A DNA stretch of 64,000 bases from Eledone cirrhosa (taxonomy: Eukaryota), in NCBI GenBank assembly GCA_964016885.1, contig OZ024743.1, positions 25,978,001 to 26,042,000 of the forward strand, written 5' to 3'. Made by a program: the position numbers and the translations under genes. Positions 12,730 to 27,210 of the stretch are shown here, one piece after another; position 1 is the first letter of the stretch; every line of letters starts with the position of its first letter. The notes below the pieces were generated by a model. That model was given only the letters and a program-made list of their open reading frames with translations, was not told the origin of the DNA and did not search any database.

Positions 12730-13570
12730 ACCACTGACAATCTGGTTAACCAAACCTATGAAAGGGCTAGGGAAGAAATTCTTTGGAAACAGAACTTAGA
12801 ACCCAAACAGCTCAGAGTGAACTTAGCAGAGACTAACGTTTTACTAAGTAGGAAAGAAAACAAAATTATGATTCTATCTGGTTAATATAGGATAGCAGGA
12901 AGGCTAACAGAAAAAGTAAATTTTGTATGTGGCAAATGTAAAGGGGTAGTTGGTAGCATGAGTACCAGTAAAATATATTTTCTTCCAGTCATGAGATGGT
13001 GCCATAGAAGTGATTAATGGAGGAGGCTGCTCATAAGGTATTGTGACTAGAACAAGAACAGGATGGGGAAAAGCTCATGGAGATACTACACCTAGAGACG
13101 AAATAGAGATTTTCTCTTCGAGTGAACGATGGGATGTATGATCCTTATATGGAAAGTGTGACGTTGCATGACAGTGAAACATGGTGGTGAGTAAATGCAG
13201 ATGATATGTGAAGAGTGGAGAGAAATGAAGTGAGTATATTCCTTTAGATATGTAATGTTAATGTGCATGAACAAGGAAGAACAGGTGAACTGAAACATAA
13301 ACTGGATATAAGAGATATCAAATTGTGTGTGCAAGTAAGAAGACTGCACTGGTATGGTCATGAGATGCATATGGATAATGATTGTTAGAGGAGAAGTTCC
13401 AAGTTCCTATGGAAGAAAGCGGCAGCAAAGGAAACCGAAGAAAACTGGCGCAGAAATGGTAAGAGCTGATTTCAAAATCCTGCAAACGAAATAAAGAACG
13501 CAACAAGTGGACGGAGTGAGTGCTAGAAAAGACCCGTCCGACCCACACAGGCTAGGAAAAACCGGGCGCA
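12730..13570 (+). mobile_element. Highly degenerate RTE/RTEX-like LINE 3' half
   Basis: Fragments LRVNLAETNVL, FVCGKCKG, TRTRTGWGK, LHDSETW, RRLHWYGH and KPKKTGAEMVRAD, in broken frames. Confidence 0.65.
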
Positions 13571-13603
13571 AAATGTTAATTGTACATACATACATGTGTG
13601 TGA

Positions 13604-13643
<40 letters not shown>

Positions 13644-13953
13644 TACATTATAAAGAAAAAACAAACATTAGATATAATTAATAACATATACCATACCCAA
13701 ATTCCTTATTACTCCTCGACTACGTAGTTTCGTGGCATATTATGCAAAAACACTACATCACAGAGGTACAGTATTTTTGTGAGTTTTGCCGACTATATAG
13801 ATCTGATACTGAATCAGTCTAATCCATTCGGATTGGTCTGTCCCAGTTATTCATAGAGCAACAACGGTTGAGGTTGGCACCACAAATTCAGGGATATATG
13901 TGGATATATTCATGTATATGTATGTGTCCTCATGTATCTGTGTATTTCTTTAT

Positions 13954-13993
<40 letters not shown>

Positions 13994-14094
13994 AACGAGT
14001 AGGACCCCGACGGCTGAGCTGAAGCCGTTTCGACGGCTAATTCTGGACTAAAATGCGTTATGGTCCACCTGGTTCCTTATCACATTTCCTTCGT

Positions 14095-14153
<59 letters not shown>

Positions 14154-14173
14154 ATATATGTGTGTTGTGTGTG

Positions 14174-14254
<81 letters not shown>

Positions 14255-14365
14255 CCAAAGATTAATTTGGTTCTAGATTACTCAATGAATATAGTTTTAC
14301 AATAGATTAAAAGCACTCTACAGTTAGGTTTTCTGGAGTTATTAATATTTTGAATAATATATATA

Positions 14366-14462
<97 letters not shown>

Positions 14463-14628
14463 CATAAAGAGCTATTTCTCATCTCAGAACATATTGTGGA
14501 AGCTATCAAACAAGATTCTGCCAGTAAACTTTCAACGCACTATAGTTTAGCCATCGAAATATATATATATATATGTATGTATATTAGTGTGTGTGTGTGT
14601 GTGTGTGTCTGTGTATGTGTGTGAGTGT

Positions 14629-14667
<39 letters not shown>

Positions 14668-15708
14668 TGTGTCTGTGTGTGCATGTGTTTGTATATATTG
14701 TATTTAGGTATAAATAGTATATTATGCAAATAAAAAACATAATTAGTCACATAACATCGCCCAAAATATGTGTGTATGCATGTGTATATATATATATATA
14801 CATATAGAGAGAATGATGGAAGGCAATTATATTTTTTTAATGTATATGAATGTTTATATTATGGATATAAATATATATCGTATATAAATATGTTTATAAA
14901 CATATATAACTTAATATTATACACATTTTCATACGAGAATCTGTGTATGTATATCTGTATGCATACATGCATATCTATGTGTCTGCCTGTCTTTCTGTAT
15001 GTGTGTATGAAGGTATGTATGTGTGAATATATATATATGTATGTATGTTTGTTTGTTTGTATGAATGTATGTATGTATGTATGTATTTACGTATGTATGT
15101 ATTTATGTATGTATTTATGTATGTATTTATGTATGTATCTGTGTATGTATCAATGTATGTACGTATGTATTTACGTATGTATGTATTTACGTATGTTATT
15201 TTTTTTGTATGAATGTATGTATGTATGTGTGTATGTGTGTATATATGAATGTATGTATGTATGTATGTATTTACGTATGTATGTATATATTTGCGTATGT
15301 TTGTTTGTATGGATGTATGTATACCTGAATATATATATATGTATACACGTATGTATGTAAATGTATGTGTGTAGACATATGTATGTATATTACATATATG
15401 CATGTATGTATATGCGCAACTATGTAAATATGTATACCTGAATATATACGTATATGTATGTATATACGTATATGTATGTATATACGTATGTATGTAAATG
15501 TATATGTGTACATATGGGACGGGGAGTAGTTTTTGTTGTTATTGATGTTTTTAAGAGGAAATTAAAGCTGTTACAAAAAGGTCAAACGGAGAATAAATTT
15601 CAGTTAATATTCACAAGTAATACTGAAGAAAAATAGTTTCCTTTTCAATAAGTTTAAGGAATATTTTTTTATATTTCGACGACAACAGAGTGCGTACATA
15701 CACACACT

Positions 15709-15801
<93 letters not shown>

Positions 15802-15860
15802 ATATGTGTGTATGTATATATATATATGTATATATATATTTCGACGACGACAGAGTGCGT

Positions 15861-15934
<74 letters not shown>

Positions 15935-16187
15935 AAAAAATGAAATTTCATTTCTCACTCTTAGTACGGCTGATTCTGAGATATAAGTATGTATACGTAG
16001 ATACATATATGTATACAGACGTACAGCCGTACTAAGAGCGAGAAATGAAATTTCATTTTTTCCATTTGTCGTTTTCGGCAGGCCCGGCCGACTAACTCAC
16101 TCGATATGCAAATAAGGCTGCTTAGCCATTAATATGCATAAGGAAAGTATATACTTTCAAACGTTCAATTAACTGATAGGAAGGTAT

Positions 16188-16230
16188 ACGGTGCTGATGA
16201 CAGCTAATAAGCTAGAAACTAGTTCATCGT
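16188..16230 (+). ncRNA. Minimal type I hammerhead ribozyme motif
   Basis: ACGGTG-CTGATGA-cAGCT aata AGCTa-GAAA-CTAG-TT-CATCGT. Stem I is 6 bp and stem III is the palindrome ACTAGT. Confidence 0.75.
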
Positions 16231-16429
16231 TCCTTTGTCAGTGTTGAACAAAATAGCAACGATGGTTGCCGAACACTATACGGCTAATAATTCGGGCTGT
16301 TTGTTTACAAACAAATCGAGCATTATAATAAATGTTCGGTAAACCCATACGAACATATATATATATGTGTGTGCATATATGTATGAATATACATACTACT
16401 GTACGTCTGTATACATACATGTATGTACG

Positions 16430-16980
16430 TATACCCCAACCGATGCGCTGAACGAGTGTGACTTTTTAGTCCAGCCAGCGACTTGAAAACTCTGGTACAA
16501 ACACTACACTTGTGACAATTATTGACACATAGTGCTGGGCCCATGGTACCATGTGACGACAAGTGCAGAGAGATCTCCAGGTATAAAACAATGCCTGTGC
16601 CGTGAAGCTTTTATAGTGAGCAAAGGCACTGCACAAAGCCAGTCCCACTCTCTTAACCAAGATGATATTTACCAAAAAGAAGAACAAGTCAACATCATTG
16701 GATACCATCAGGGTTGCAGGTGTTATATCAGAGTTTTCTTTCTCCTAGAATTCTGCCTTGACAAAGGCTAAGGGGTCATCTCTCCCGGTGATTTTGGATG
16801 GCCATTGACTCTTAAGAGCTCCTTTGCCCTTTGAGAGGCTTTGTTTTTAGTCCTACAGGATGTCCAAAGTCCCCCTCCTCACCAAGAAACCTTGGTGGGG
16901 TTGCCAGTTTAGTCGCCAACGACCCGACCACGAGACAGGTTGTACTGGGATACATGTTACCAGTAGCACCAACTGGTGAC
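16430..16980 (-). mobile_element. Internally deleted RTE-like element (5'UTR-like part joined to a C2H2 3' end)
   Basis: C-terminal HKCSVCTRVFKSLAGLKSHTRSAH finger, an RTE-like GGAGAAAGAAAACTCTGAT motif upstream, and (TACA)n flanks. Confidence 0.55.
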
Positions 16981-17068
16981 CTGACATAAACATGCATACA
17001 TACATATATACATACATACATACGTACATACATACATACATACATACATACATACATACATACATACA

Positions 17069-17102
<34 letters not shown>

Positions 17103-17461
17103 CATATATACATGCATTCATACATACATACATGCATACATACATACATACATACATACATACATACATACATACATACATACATACATACATACATACA
17201 TAAAGACACTGCTACACACATATATATTCAGGTATACACATTTACATACGCGCGTATATACATACATGGATGTATATGTAATTTACATACATATGCCTAC
17301 ATATATACACACACATATATACACACCATCTAAGTGCATAGACTGATACAAAATTCCCAAATACACACACATATACAGATTCACGTAGACCCACACAGCC
17401 ATACATACACACATACAAATATATTGTCAGATACACAAGCATACACAAATCCTTCCCCAGG

Positions 17462-17640
17462 GTCTTCTTCTTCTTCTCCCACTTATTCCTGAGAGGGTCG
17501 TGGGGGGAAGTATCGTCAAACACTCCTTCCGGTGGGTCTTGTTAGACAACCGTCTCCATCTGATCCGGCTGGATCCCCAAGCGAGACCAACCAAGTTCAT
17601 GGACGTTATCCAACCATCTTGCTCGGGATCTACCCCTGTT
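17462..17640 (-). mobile_element. RTE 3' end, same family as 4497-4892
   Basis: The reverse strand reads RWLDNVHELGWSRLGIQPDQMETVV, followed by a short (GAA)n tail. Confidence 0.7.
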
Positions 17641-18003
17641 GTTATTGCTTCTTAATATTGTTGCTATTTGTGTTGTGTTCTTTTCAATGAATTGTTATTG
17701 TTGTTTAGCCCAAGGTCAGCCCCGACCGACCACATCGTTTTCCTCCGTGCAGAGAACCTAGGAAACACATTACCAATATGTCCTTCTATTTTCATGACAG
17801 TAGGGTTTGATTTGTGGAAGATTTGGCTGCTATTTCTAGTAGGTCGAGCGACCACATACTGTCTTCCTGATCCTGTTGTTCTTGTTTTTGTTGTTGTTTG
17901 TGGTAGTGGTGGTAGTTGCGGTGGTGGCTTTGATGCTGTTGGTGTTGAGGATGTTGGTAGTAGCGAAAGAGGTGGTTTTCATATTGTTATAGTAATGATG
18001 TTG

Positions 18004-18083
<80 letters not shown>

Positions 18084-18123
18084 TGTAGTAGTAGTAGCAG
18101 CAGCAGTAGCAGCTGCAGCAGCT

Positions 18124-18187
<64 letters not shown>

Positions 18188-18525
18188 CAACAGCAGCAGC
18201 AGCAGTAGTAGTAGTAGTAGTAGTAATAATGGCGGTTTTTCTAGCCCATTCTTGATGTTTTGTCGTTGGTATCATTGTTATCAACGCCGCCATTTTTGTT
18301 GCTGTTGTTATTCTGATGTGTTGTATTCTGTATCCGAAGTTATTTCAGTTCTTATCAATATTATAGCTACAATATTACATATTTTTAAAAAGTTAATAAT
18401 GTAACTTATTTCAGTTAGTTTTGTTAGTTTGTTTGCTTACTTTTCATATAAGACTCTATTTTGTCTTTAATACTCTTGTTTCTTTTTTCTTTACAAAACA
18501 TATATTCATGAAACATGTCTTGATT

Positions 18526-18612
<87 letters not shown>

Positions 18613-18825
18613 TATAATATATATATGTAATATATATATATATATATATATCTACCTAGCTGCCTTACCATTTATATATATATTAACCTAACTTCTTTTT
18701 TCTCTCTCTTTATCTATATATTAACCTAACTTCTTTTCTCTCTCTTTATATATATATATATATATATATAAACATGAGAAGAAAGAAGTTAGGTTAATAT
18801 ATATATAAATGGTAAGGCAGCTGGG

Positions 18826-18926
<101 letters not shown>

Positions 18927-19228
18927 GGATAGATAGATAGATATATTCATGGAAACTCTCAGAGACTTAAGTGCAGAGCGAAAATTAAATGCATAAATGC
19001 ATTTATCTATTTGTGACAATCGGAAATTGCAAACTGAAGAGAGATAGACTAAATACGTTAAGTCTCCTATTTTAAGGCTGTAGAACATGTTCTGTTATTG
19101 GCAGTAGTAGTTATGTTTAATGATATATTTCACCAACACCCGAGCTATCTCTTCTAAGTTACCTCACCAAATAGAACTTAACGCTTGAAGAGATGCGGAA
19201 ATATGCATATATATATGTATGTATCTGT

Positions 19229-19312
<84 letters not shown>

Positions 19313-19517
19313 ATATATGTGTGTGTGTGTGTGTGTATGTGCGTGTGTGTGTGTGTATAAGGAGGATGTAAATGTGTACTTGTATAAATTTGTATATTTG
19401 TATCTACGTGTGCAAATGAGAAAATAAATAAAAAACAAAAAAAATGCGTGTGTGCGTGTGTGTACGTGTGTGTGTGTGTGTGTATGTGTGTGTGCAAGTG
19501 TGTGTGTGTGTGAGTGT

Positions 19518-19560
<43 letters not shown>

Positions 19561-19759
19561 AGAGTGTGTGTGTGGGGGGGGGGGAGAAAGACAAGCAAGA
19601 ACTGGAGTGAATTATTCTACATTCACCATCGGAACTTCGACGCTCTGTGTTCTAATCATGTCTAAAGCAGGCACACTTTATACTGTAGAAGTGTGACATA
19701 TGTGTGTCTGTGGCAGGAGGACTTTACGTAATAAGAGTGTTGCATATCTGCGTGTATAT

Positions 19760-19812
<53 letters not shown>

Positions 19813-19987
19813 TAGCTGTTGAAACGGAAAGAGCTCAGCCGTCTGGTCCCGACTCGTCATCTGATTAACGAAACAATTGTTAATACTGTAAATAAACCCT
19901 TTTTGTAAAGCCGACCATGTTATTCTTATTCTTTTACTATATATATATATATACAGAGAGAGAGAGAGAGACAGACAGACATAGAGA

Positions 19988-20029
<42 letters not shown>

Positions 20030-20585
20030 GAGAGAGAGAGCAAAGGTAACACTAAATATACATAGCTCAAATGTATATAGGGAATTATATGAGTACATAT
20101 ATTATTATATATTATAAATTATATATGATAGTATATAACTACAACGTCTTTTCGGAATCAGCTCAATGTGTTTATATATGATATTGATCCAAAGAGAACG
20201 TAGATTTTTTAGGGAGAAAAGAGTTGAAAAAGCAAACATAAACACAGAGCAAATATAATCAAATATATAGATGAAAAAATTAGTTTTAAATCATTAATTC
20301 CTTACACATGTTTCAATAGAGTTGTAATCCACTTATTCGAATAATGTTAGGTGAAAAATGTATAATCAATATCTATACATACACAATGATATGTAGGTAT
20401 AATGTTGCACTTCGCCATCTTTGGAGGATTAAAAACAAAACATGTATTAAATTGAAGCAGAATCTATCCGAAATTCTATTCGTACCTTAGGCAGGACAGG
20501 GAACTTTATAAGTCGATCCATTGACATGACGAGTGCCTAAAAATTTGATTATATATATATATATATGAATCCAACTCTTAAATCA

Positions 20586-20685
<100 letters not shown>

Positions 20686-20807
20686 GGTGTTGGATGCTTA
20701 AAGCGTCCGTATGCGGTAGGCCGTATGAACACTTGATGCTCTCATACAGCAGAGTACGATATCACAGAAAAAAAGAGAATCAGTGTTGCGATGAATGGAA
20801 TTTATTG

Positions 20808-20903
20808 GACATATTACAATCGTTTCTCTGGCGACCAGCTCGAGGCACGATCGATGTGATGATCGAACCTGACTCTGAAAATCGCAAGGTCCTCAGATAC
20901 GTC
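20808..20903 (-). ncRNA. Type I hammerhead ribozyme motif with extended stem II
   Basis: GACGTAT-CTGAGGA-ccttgcgatt...ggtcgccaga-GAAA-CGATTG-TA-ATATGTC then cAATAAA. Stem I is 7 bp and the triplet is GUA. Confidence 0.75.
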
Positions 20904-20992
20904 TTGATTCTACGAACCATATTTTCCTGATTCTCTTTTTTCTGTGATATATATATTTTATATATATATATGTATGTGTGGTGTGTGTGTGT

Positions 20993-21029
<37 letters not shown>

Positions 21030-21042
21030 TGTGGTTGTGTGG

Positions 21043-21107
<65 letters not shown>

Positions 21108-21577
21108 TTACGGTATTTTTCCGGCTCTCTGTAACCTGAATTCAAATCCTGCCGAGATCAACTTGGACGTTCATTCTTTCGGGGTTTATAAATACCCGTG
21201 TATCGACAGAATTGTGATGGCGTCATGCGTTATGCCTTGTGGTATATCTTTCGCCCCCTTGCCGCTTAAATTCAACAGCGGCGTCACTAACGCCATTCTG
21301 CATCGGCCTTTCCTTTCAACATCGATGGTGTGATGAGAAGAGATGTGCATGTATGGGCAGCTGTTCCACAAAGCACCCTGGAGAAGAACTTTCCAAGTGC
21401 AAATTTATTTCTTTATTTTCTCATTGTCCTCTATTTTTCTTTTATTTCTCATTCTATTTTCTGATGAAGGACAAGCATCCTAAACGTTAAAACTCTTTTC
21501 CTACTATATTAAGCATTAAACTAATATATATCTTCATTGTATTGCATTGCTTGTTTTCCTGTTTTACGTTTACTTTT

Positions 21578-21614
<37 letters not shown>

Positions 21615-21715
21615 AAAAATGCGTAAAATCCTTGGTACAGTTAGGTATATCTAAAAAAAGGAAAAGAATGACTTCACTTGTAGAGCTACATTATTTTCCT
21701 TTTTTTAAATATATG

Positions 21716-21783
<68 letters not shown>

Positions 21784-21787
21784 TAAG

Positions 21788-21822
<35 letters not shown>

Positions 21823-21825
21823 AAG

Positions 21826-21857
<32 letters not shown>

Positions 21858-22357
21858 TACATGTGTGTGTGTGGTGAGAGTGAGAGGTGTTACCACATGG
21901 TTAAGAATTTTGTGTTACAATCACGAGGACCTAAGTTCCTACGTATCATCTTGGGCAAGCACCTTTTAACACGGTCTCTGTCGAGCCAATCATTGCGAAA
22001 GAAATTATGTACAGAGAAACTGTGAGAAAACTCTGAATATTGTGAGCTTTATCTCATACTATACCAGGCTGATTAATCAAAAACATTACGTCAAAAGTAT
22101 ACTTTTCTATAGAATACTTATTCATTTACAACCTAATTCACAGAATAGTTTGTCCAGTTGACCGATCAGTCGAATACTCATCGTCAGAACCAATGGAGAT
22201 TAATTAATATACATACATATATCTTAAGAGTGACTTTATAAACTACGTTCTATGTAATTCTGGTGTGCAAATATGCACAGGTATTGCATAGTAATATAAT
22301 ATATGAGTATGTGTGTGTGTGTGTGCAGACACCAATTACACAGACATATATATATAC

Positions 22358-22388
<31 letters not shown>

Positions 22389-22658
22389 TGTATGTATGTA
22401 TGTATGTATGTATGTATCTATATATATACACTCGTTCAGCGCATCGGTAGGGGTTCTCCTACATGGATATAAAGTAGTGGCCGTACTCAAAAACGAGTTG
22501 GCAGCCACCATGTATATATATATATATATATGAAAAATTCGGGACGCTGATGGCTGAACCCCTGCCGTTTCAACAGTTAGATCCGAACCAGTACTCTGGT
22601 GAGTAATGGTCTAACTGGTTTTTACCGCTTCCATTCTGATATATATATATATATATAT

Positions 22659-22775
<117 letters not shown>

Positions 22776-23754
22776 GTGTCTGTATGGAAGAATAATGCAC
22801 ATCGTTCAAAGAATGAAATCTCTGCACTTGAATTTCTGTGTTATTATAAATAAAAAATATAAAAATGAAAATATTGAAAAAAAATATGGAGGAGAGTAAG
22901 AAAGAACCTTTTCGAAGGAGAATTTGATTTATTTAAGTTGATGGATTACAGCAAAGATTCAAAATGGTTGAAAAGTTTGAAAATTATCCTACAAAATGTT
23001 ACGAGTTCGGAGGAAGGAAGGAAAATTGAGATATTTTTCAAAATAATCAGTGAAAGGACTGAAAAATGAGTATAAATACGAATAAATAATAAATAAAAGA
23101 ATCGCAATGAAAAAAAGATATTCAGAAAAATCCGTAGGTGGCTGAAAAGAAAATTTTGAATAATAGGTCTTATTATATCATCGTCCTTGAGTTTGTTATT
23201 GTTGCTGTTGTAGTTGATGCTTTATATTCCCTTTGGTGACGGTGGGGCTGAGCCTGACATCAGATGTATAGGGTTGGTGGTAGGGGCTGATGAAGTGAAA
23301 TCGGTCGATGGTGAAGGCAGAAACGAAAACAAAAAAAGAAAGATTTATTGAAAGGAAGGAAGAAAGAAAATCGTCGACATATTAGATAGATAGATAGATA
23401 TGTTTCTTAAGATAGATAGATAGATAAAAAAACGTGATAATACGGTTTAATACGATGCTAATAGATAGGAATATTTTAAGTTAGAATACAGGCAAAATAA
23501 ATGAAAAGTATTTTTCATTGATGGACTGTATAAATATAATTTTCACTGACGGACGCTTAACATGAAATATGAATTTTAGCAAACGACCCCTGCCCTGAAA
23601 TATAATTTACAATGATGGAAAAAAATAAGTTAGAAATGGGAGACTGAGAGACAGAGAAATATCGAACGAAATATATAGTTTTGGTAACTAATACCTCTAT
23701 AGATGCTGACACTTTATCTTGTAGGTATATGTCTTACTCTCTCTTTCAGTTTCA

Positions 23755-24000
<246 letters not shown>

Positions 24001-24150
24001 ATATATATATATATATATATACACACACATATATATGTTAGGTATTTCCGAAGAAAAGGCAAAGGAAAAAAGTGTGCTCTATGTAAAATACACGTATATA
24101 TATTTATATCAACAAAAATTAGATGGAAAATATCTCAAGGGAGCACCCTA

Positions 24151-24259
<109 letters not shown>

Positions 24260-24496
24260 TGTGTACGTGTGTGCGTGTGTGTGTGTGTTTAATAACCTCA
24301 CATAATATACTGTGTAAAAATATTTTCAATCGCAATTTGAAGCCAAAATCTTTCTTTTGGGAAATGTTCAAATCTAAAAGCCTATTTTGGACTTATTGAG
24401 TACACCTTTTTCATATTGGATATTCTCAGCACACGTATTCCTTCAGGCATATTTCCAATCGAAATTCAACTTCATTATCTCATTATATCTGGGATT

Positions 24497-24674
24497 GGAT
24501 TGGCAGTATCGGTAGAGGGTCGGACGCCATGCTTTCCAGAATAGTTACGTCCCTTTACGATCTGAGTTCAAATCCCGCCGAGGTTGACTTTGCCTTTCAT
24601 CCTTACGGGGTCGATAAAATAAAGTACCAGTAATGCACTGGGTAATTGCTGGCCTTGTGCCAAAAGTAGAAACA
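24497..24674 (+). mobile_element. Young tRNA-derived SINE (short type) with 23-bp TSD
   Basis: A-box TGGCAGTATCGGTAG and B-box GAGTTCAAATCC. TSD ATTATCTCATTATATCTGGGATT at 24474-24496 and 24675-24697. Confidence 0.95.
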
Positions 24675-25309
24675 ATTATCTCATTATATCTGGGATTTGA
24701 AAGAGAAACATGCAGAAAATGTTAGGATCAATTGATCAATCATCGAAATCATACGTCGTATATTAACGGCTACTGTAGTTATACGCTATGCTTATCAGAA
24801 ATGTTTTGAACTGATACCTAAATTAATCCATTGGGAAAGGCATTTGTTAAGAAACTTCTGGCTCCGGCCGCATTTGTAGATCCCAGTTTTTTGGGGGATG
24901 GGATGGCTATGTCCGCCCATAATTTTTCTACTGTTATTAGTTTGACCGATTGAGTCAAACATGTCAACATTTCCATAATGTTCGTGACGAACAGTTCATA
25001 TTTGGCAGCCGTTGATGCAAATGTATTGTTGCTGTTGTTATTGTTGTTGCCATTCTGTTGTCGTTGTTGTCTAAGTTACTGGTGTTTTTGTGGTTTGTTT
25101 CTGTTATACTTGTTGCAGTGGTTTTGTTGTTGTTGTTGTTGTTGTTTTTGGTGGTGCTGGTGGTGTCGGTAGTGGTAGTGGGGGTGAAAGTGTTCTTGCT
25201 AGTATTATTGTAGCTTTTTGTTGTAATTATTCCCTTGGGGGCTGGCAGTATCGGTAGAGCGTCAGACTATAAACTTGTTTGAGTTCAAATCTCGCCGAAG
25301 TTAGCTTTA

Positions 25310-25737
25310 TCTCGAACCAACAGTGCCCCCCCCCCCCCCCGTAGCACTGCCAAGCGAGGCGTTTTGGAGGCTATCCATAATCCCCGGCTCGAAAGTCCCC
25401 CGGAACAGACTGGTCAATTCGATTTCATCGGCGACAAGTGCCTCTCCAAGAGCATCGTCGCACTTGCCCACCACTAATTCTCTATAGAACCGTAGAGTGG
25501 AATTTCCACTGACCGCATTGCCTGCTAGTTGTAGTAGATGGCTTCGAGGAGATTAGGGAACAAGTCTGGCATTTCTACATAAAACTCGTTAGGCAAACCA
25601 TCCAAACCGAGTGACCTGCACTTCGTGCGACCGACCAGGGTATCCCGAATCTCGGCTGATGTTATCGGCCTTTCGCAGCACTCAACATCGTCCGGAGAGT
25701 TGCGGGAAGACGTCGAGGTAGGAACTGAAGTCTGCCA
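25310..25737 (-). mobile_element. Multiply deleted L1/Tx1 ORF2 remnant
   Basis: CERPITSAEIRDTL...SLGLDGLPNEFYVEMPDLF is joined directly to FYRELVVGKCDDALGEAL...LAWQCY. Confidence 0.8.
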
Positions 25738-26135
25738 ATTGTTTCTACTTTTGACACAAGACCAGCAAGCTTTAAGAGAAGGCAGAGTCGATTAAATCAA
25801 CCCTAGTGCCTAACTGGTACTTTATTTATCGACCCCATAAGAAAGAACGGCAAAGATAACCCTGGCAGGATTTGAACTTAGACGGTAAAGGGCCGTAACT
25901 CTATACCACTAAGCATGTTGCTCAACACTCTACCGATTCTGCTAGTCCTAATAATAATTGTTTCTACTTTTGGCACAAGGCCAGCAATTACCCAGTGTAT
26001 TACTAGTATTTTATTTTATCGACCCCGTAAGGATGAAAGGCAAAGTAAACCTCGACGGGATTTGAACTCAGATCATAAAGGGCCGTAACTCTATGCTGCA
26101 AAGCATGGCGTCCGACCCTCTACCGATACTGCCAA
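25737..26135 (-). mobile_element. Two head-to-tail SINE copies (long and short type)
   Basis: Reverse matches to the SINE consensus, separated by (TAA)n. Confidence 0.9.
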
Positions 26136-26373
26136 TATCGTCATCACTATGTCTGTTACTACTACTGCTAAAATTACTATCATTTGACATTTTGTTTTTA
26201 TATATTTATCCTTCCTTATTTTTCTATATTCTTCTCCATATTCCCATTAATGTATTTATATCAGTCGTGGTGGGAGGGGGGAGAAGGAGGATGACAGTGA
26301 TGATTATTTGGGGAGAATGTGGCTTTTGTGTCAATAGGGGCCAAGCCGATGAGAGAGGGTTTTATTTATAATC

Positions 26374-26413
<40 letters not shown>

Positions 26414-26430
26414 GGTGGTGATAGTAGTAG

Positions 26431-26461
<31 letters not shown>

Positions 26462-26462
26462 T

Positions 26463-26509
<47 letters not shown>

Positions 26510-27147
26510 TATCGGCGTCGTCGTCAACGTCTTCATTATATTTGTACTAAATTTTGATAAATATTGATGTTGATGGTTAAAGCGAAATGAAAATTGCTTT
26601 TGCTGATCAATAAAAATATATAAAAATAATAATAATAAATAAAATAGAGGGGGGGGGGGGAGAACAAACAAATGACATCTATTAATATAGGTGAAAATAT
26701 TCAAGAGTCGGCCATTATATCTTTTCAAACGGGAGCCGCAATATCTTTGATGTGACGGCCGAGCTGTGAAACGGGGATTTATCCTTCCGTTTACATAGTG
26801 GTTATCGCGGTTAAATAGTCAGTAAATGGCCTTCTTAGAACAACTGTTAATCTCCTCTTTTTTTAGGCCTAGATCCGTGTATTTGTATGCTAGTCAGTGT
26901 GTCTCAGTCACTATCTGTTCCCTGCGTCTGTGCGTCCGTATGAATGCAATGTGTGTATGTGTTTTTTGCATGTTTGTGTATATAGTGGTAATTATGTTTA
27001 AATCTACTAGACAAAGACACAAAACATATACGCACGCACATGTACGTCAATACTCATCTTTTTCCATTTCTCCGAGGGTTCTTAACCCCACTATCAGGCT
27101 AAATAATTTCTTTAATTTCTTTAGTCAAAATACGGCGATAGCTTACA

Positions 27148-27209
<62 letters not shown>

Positions 27210-27210
<1 letters not shown>

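Noticed and set aside
23287-23310. CTGATGA-agt-GAAA-tcgg-TC hammerhead-like string
   Set aside because: No stem II is possible and the stem I flanks do not pair.
24497-24580. tRNA gene
   Set aside because: A/B boxes belong to the SINE head and no cloverleaf can be formed.
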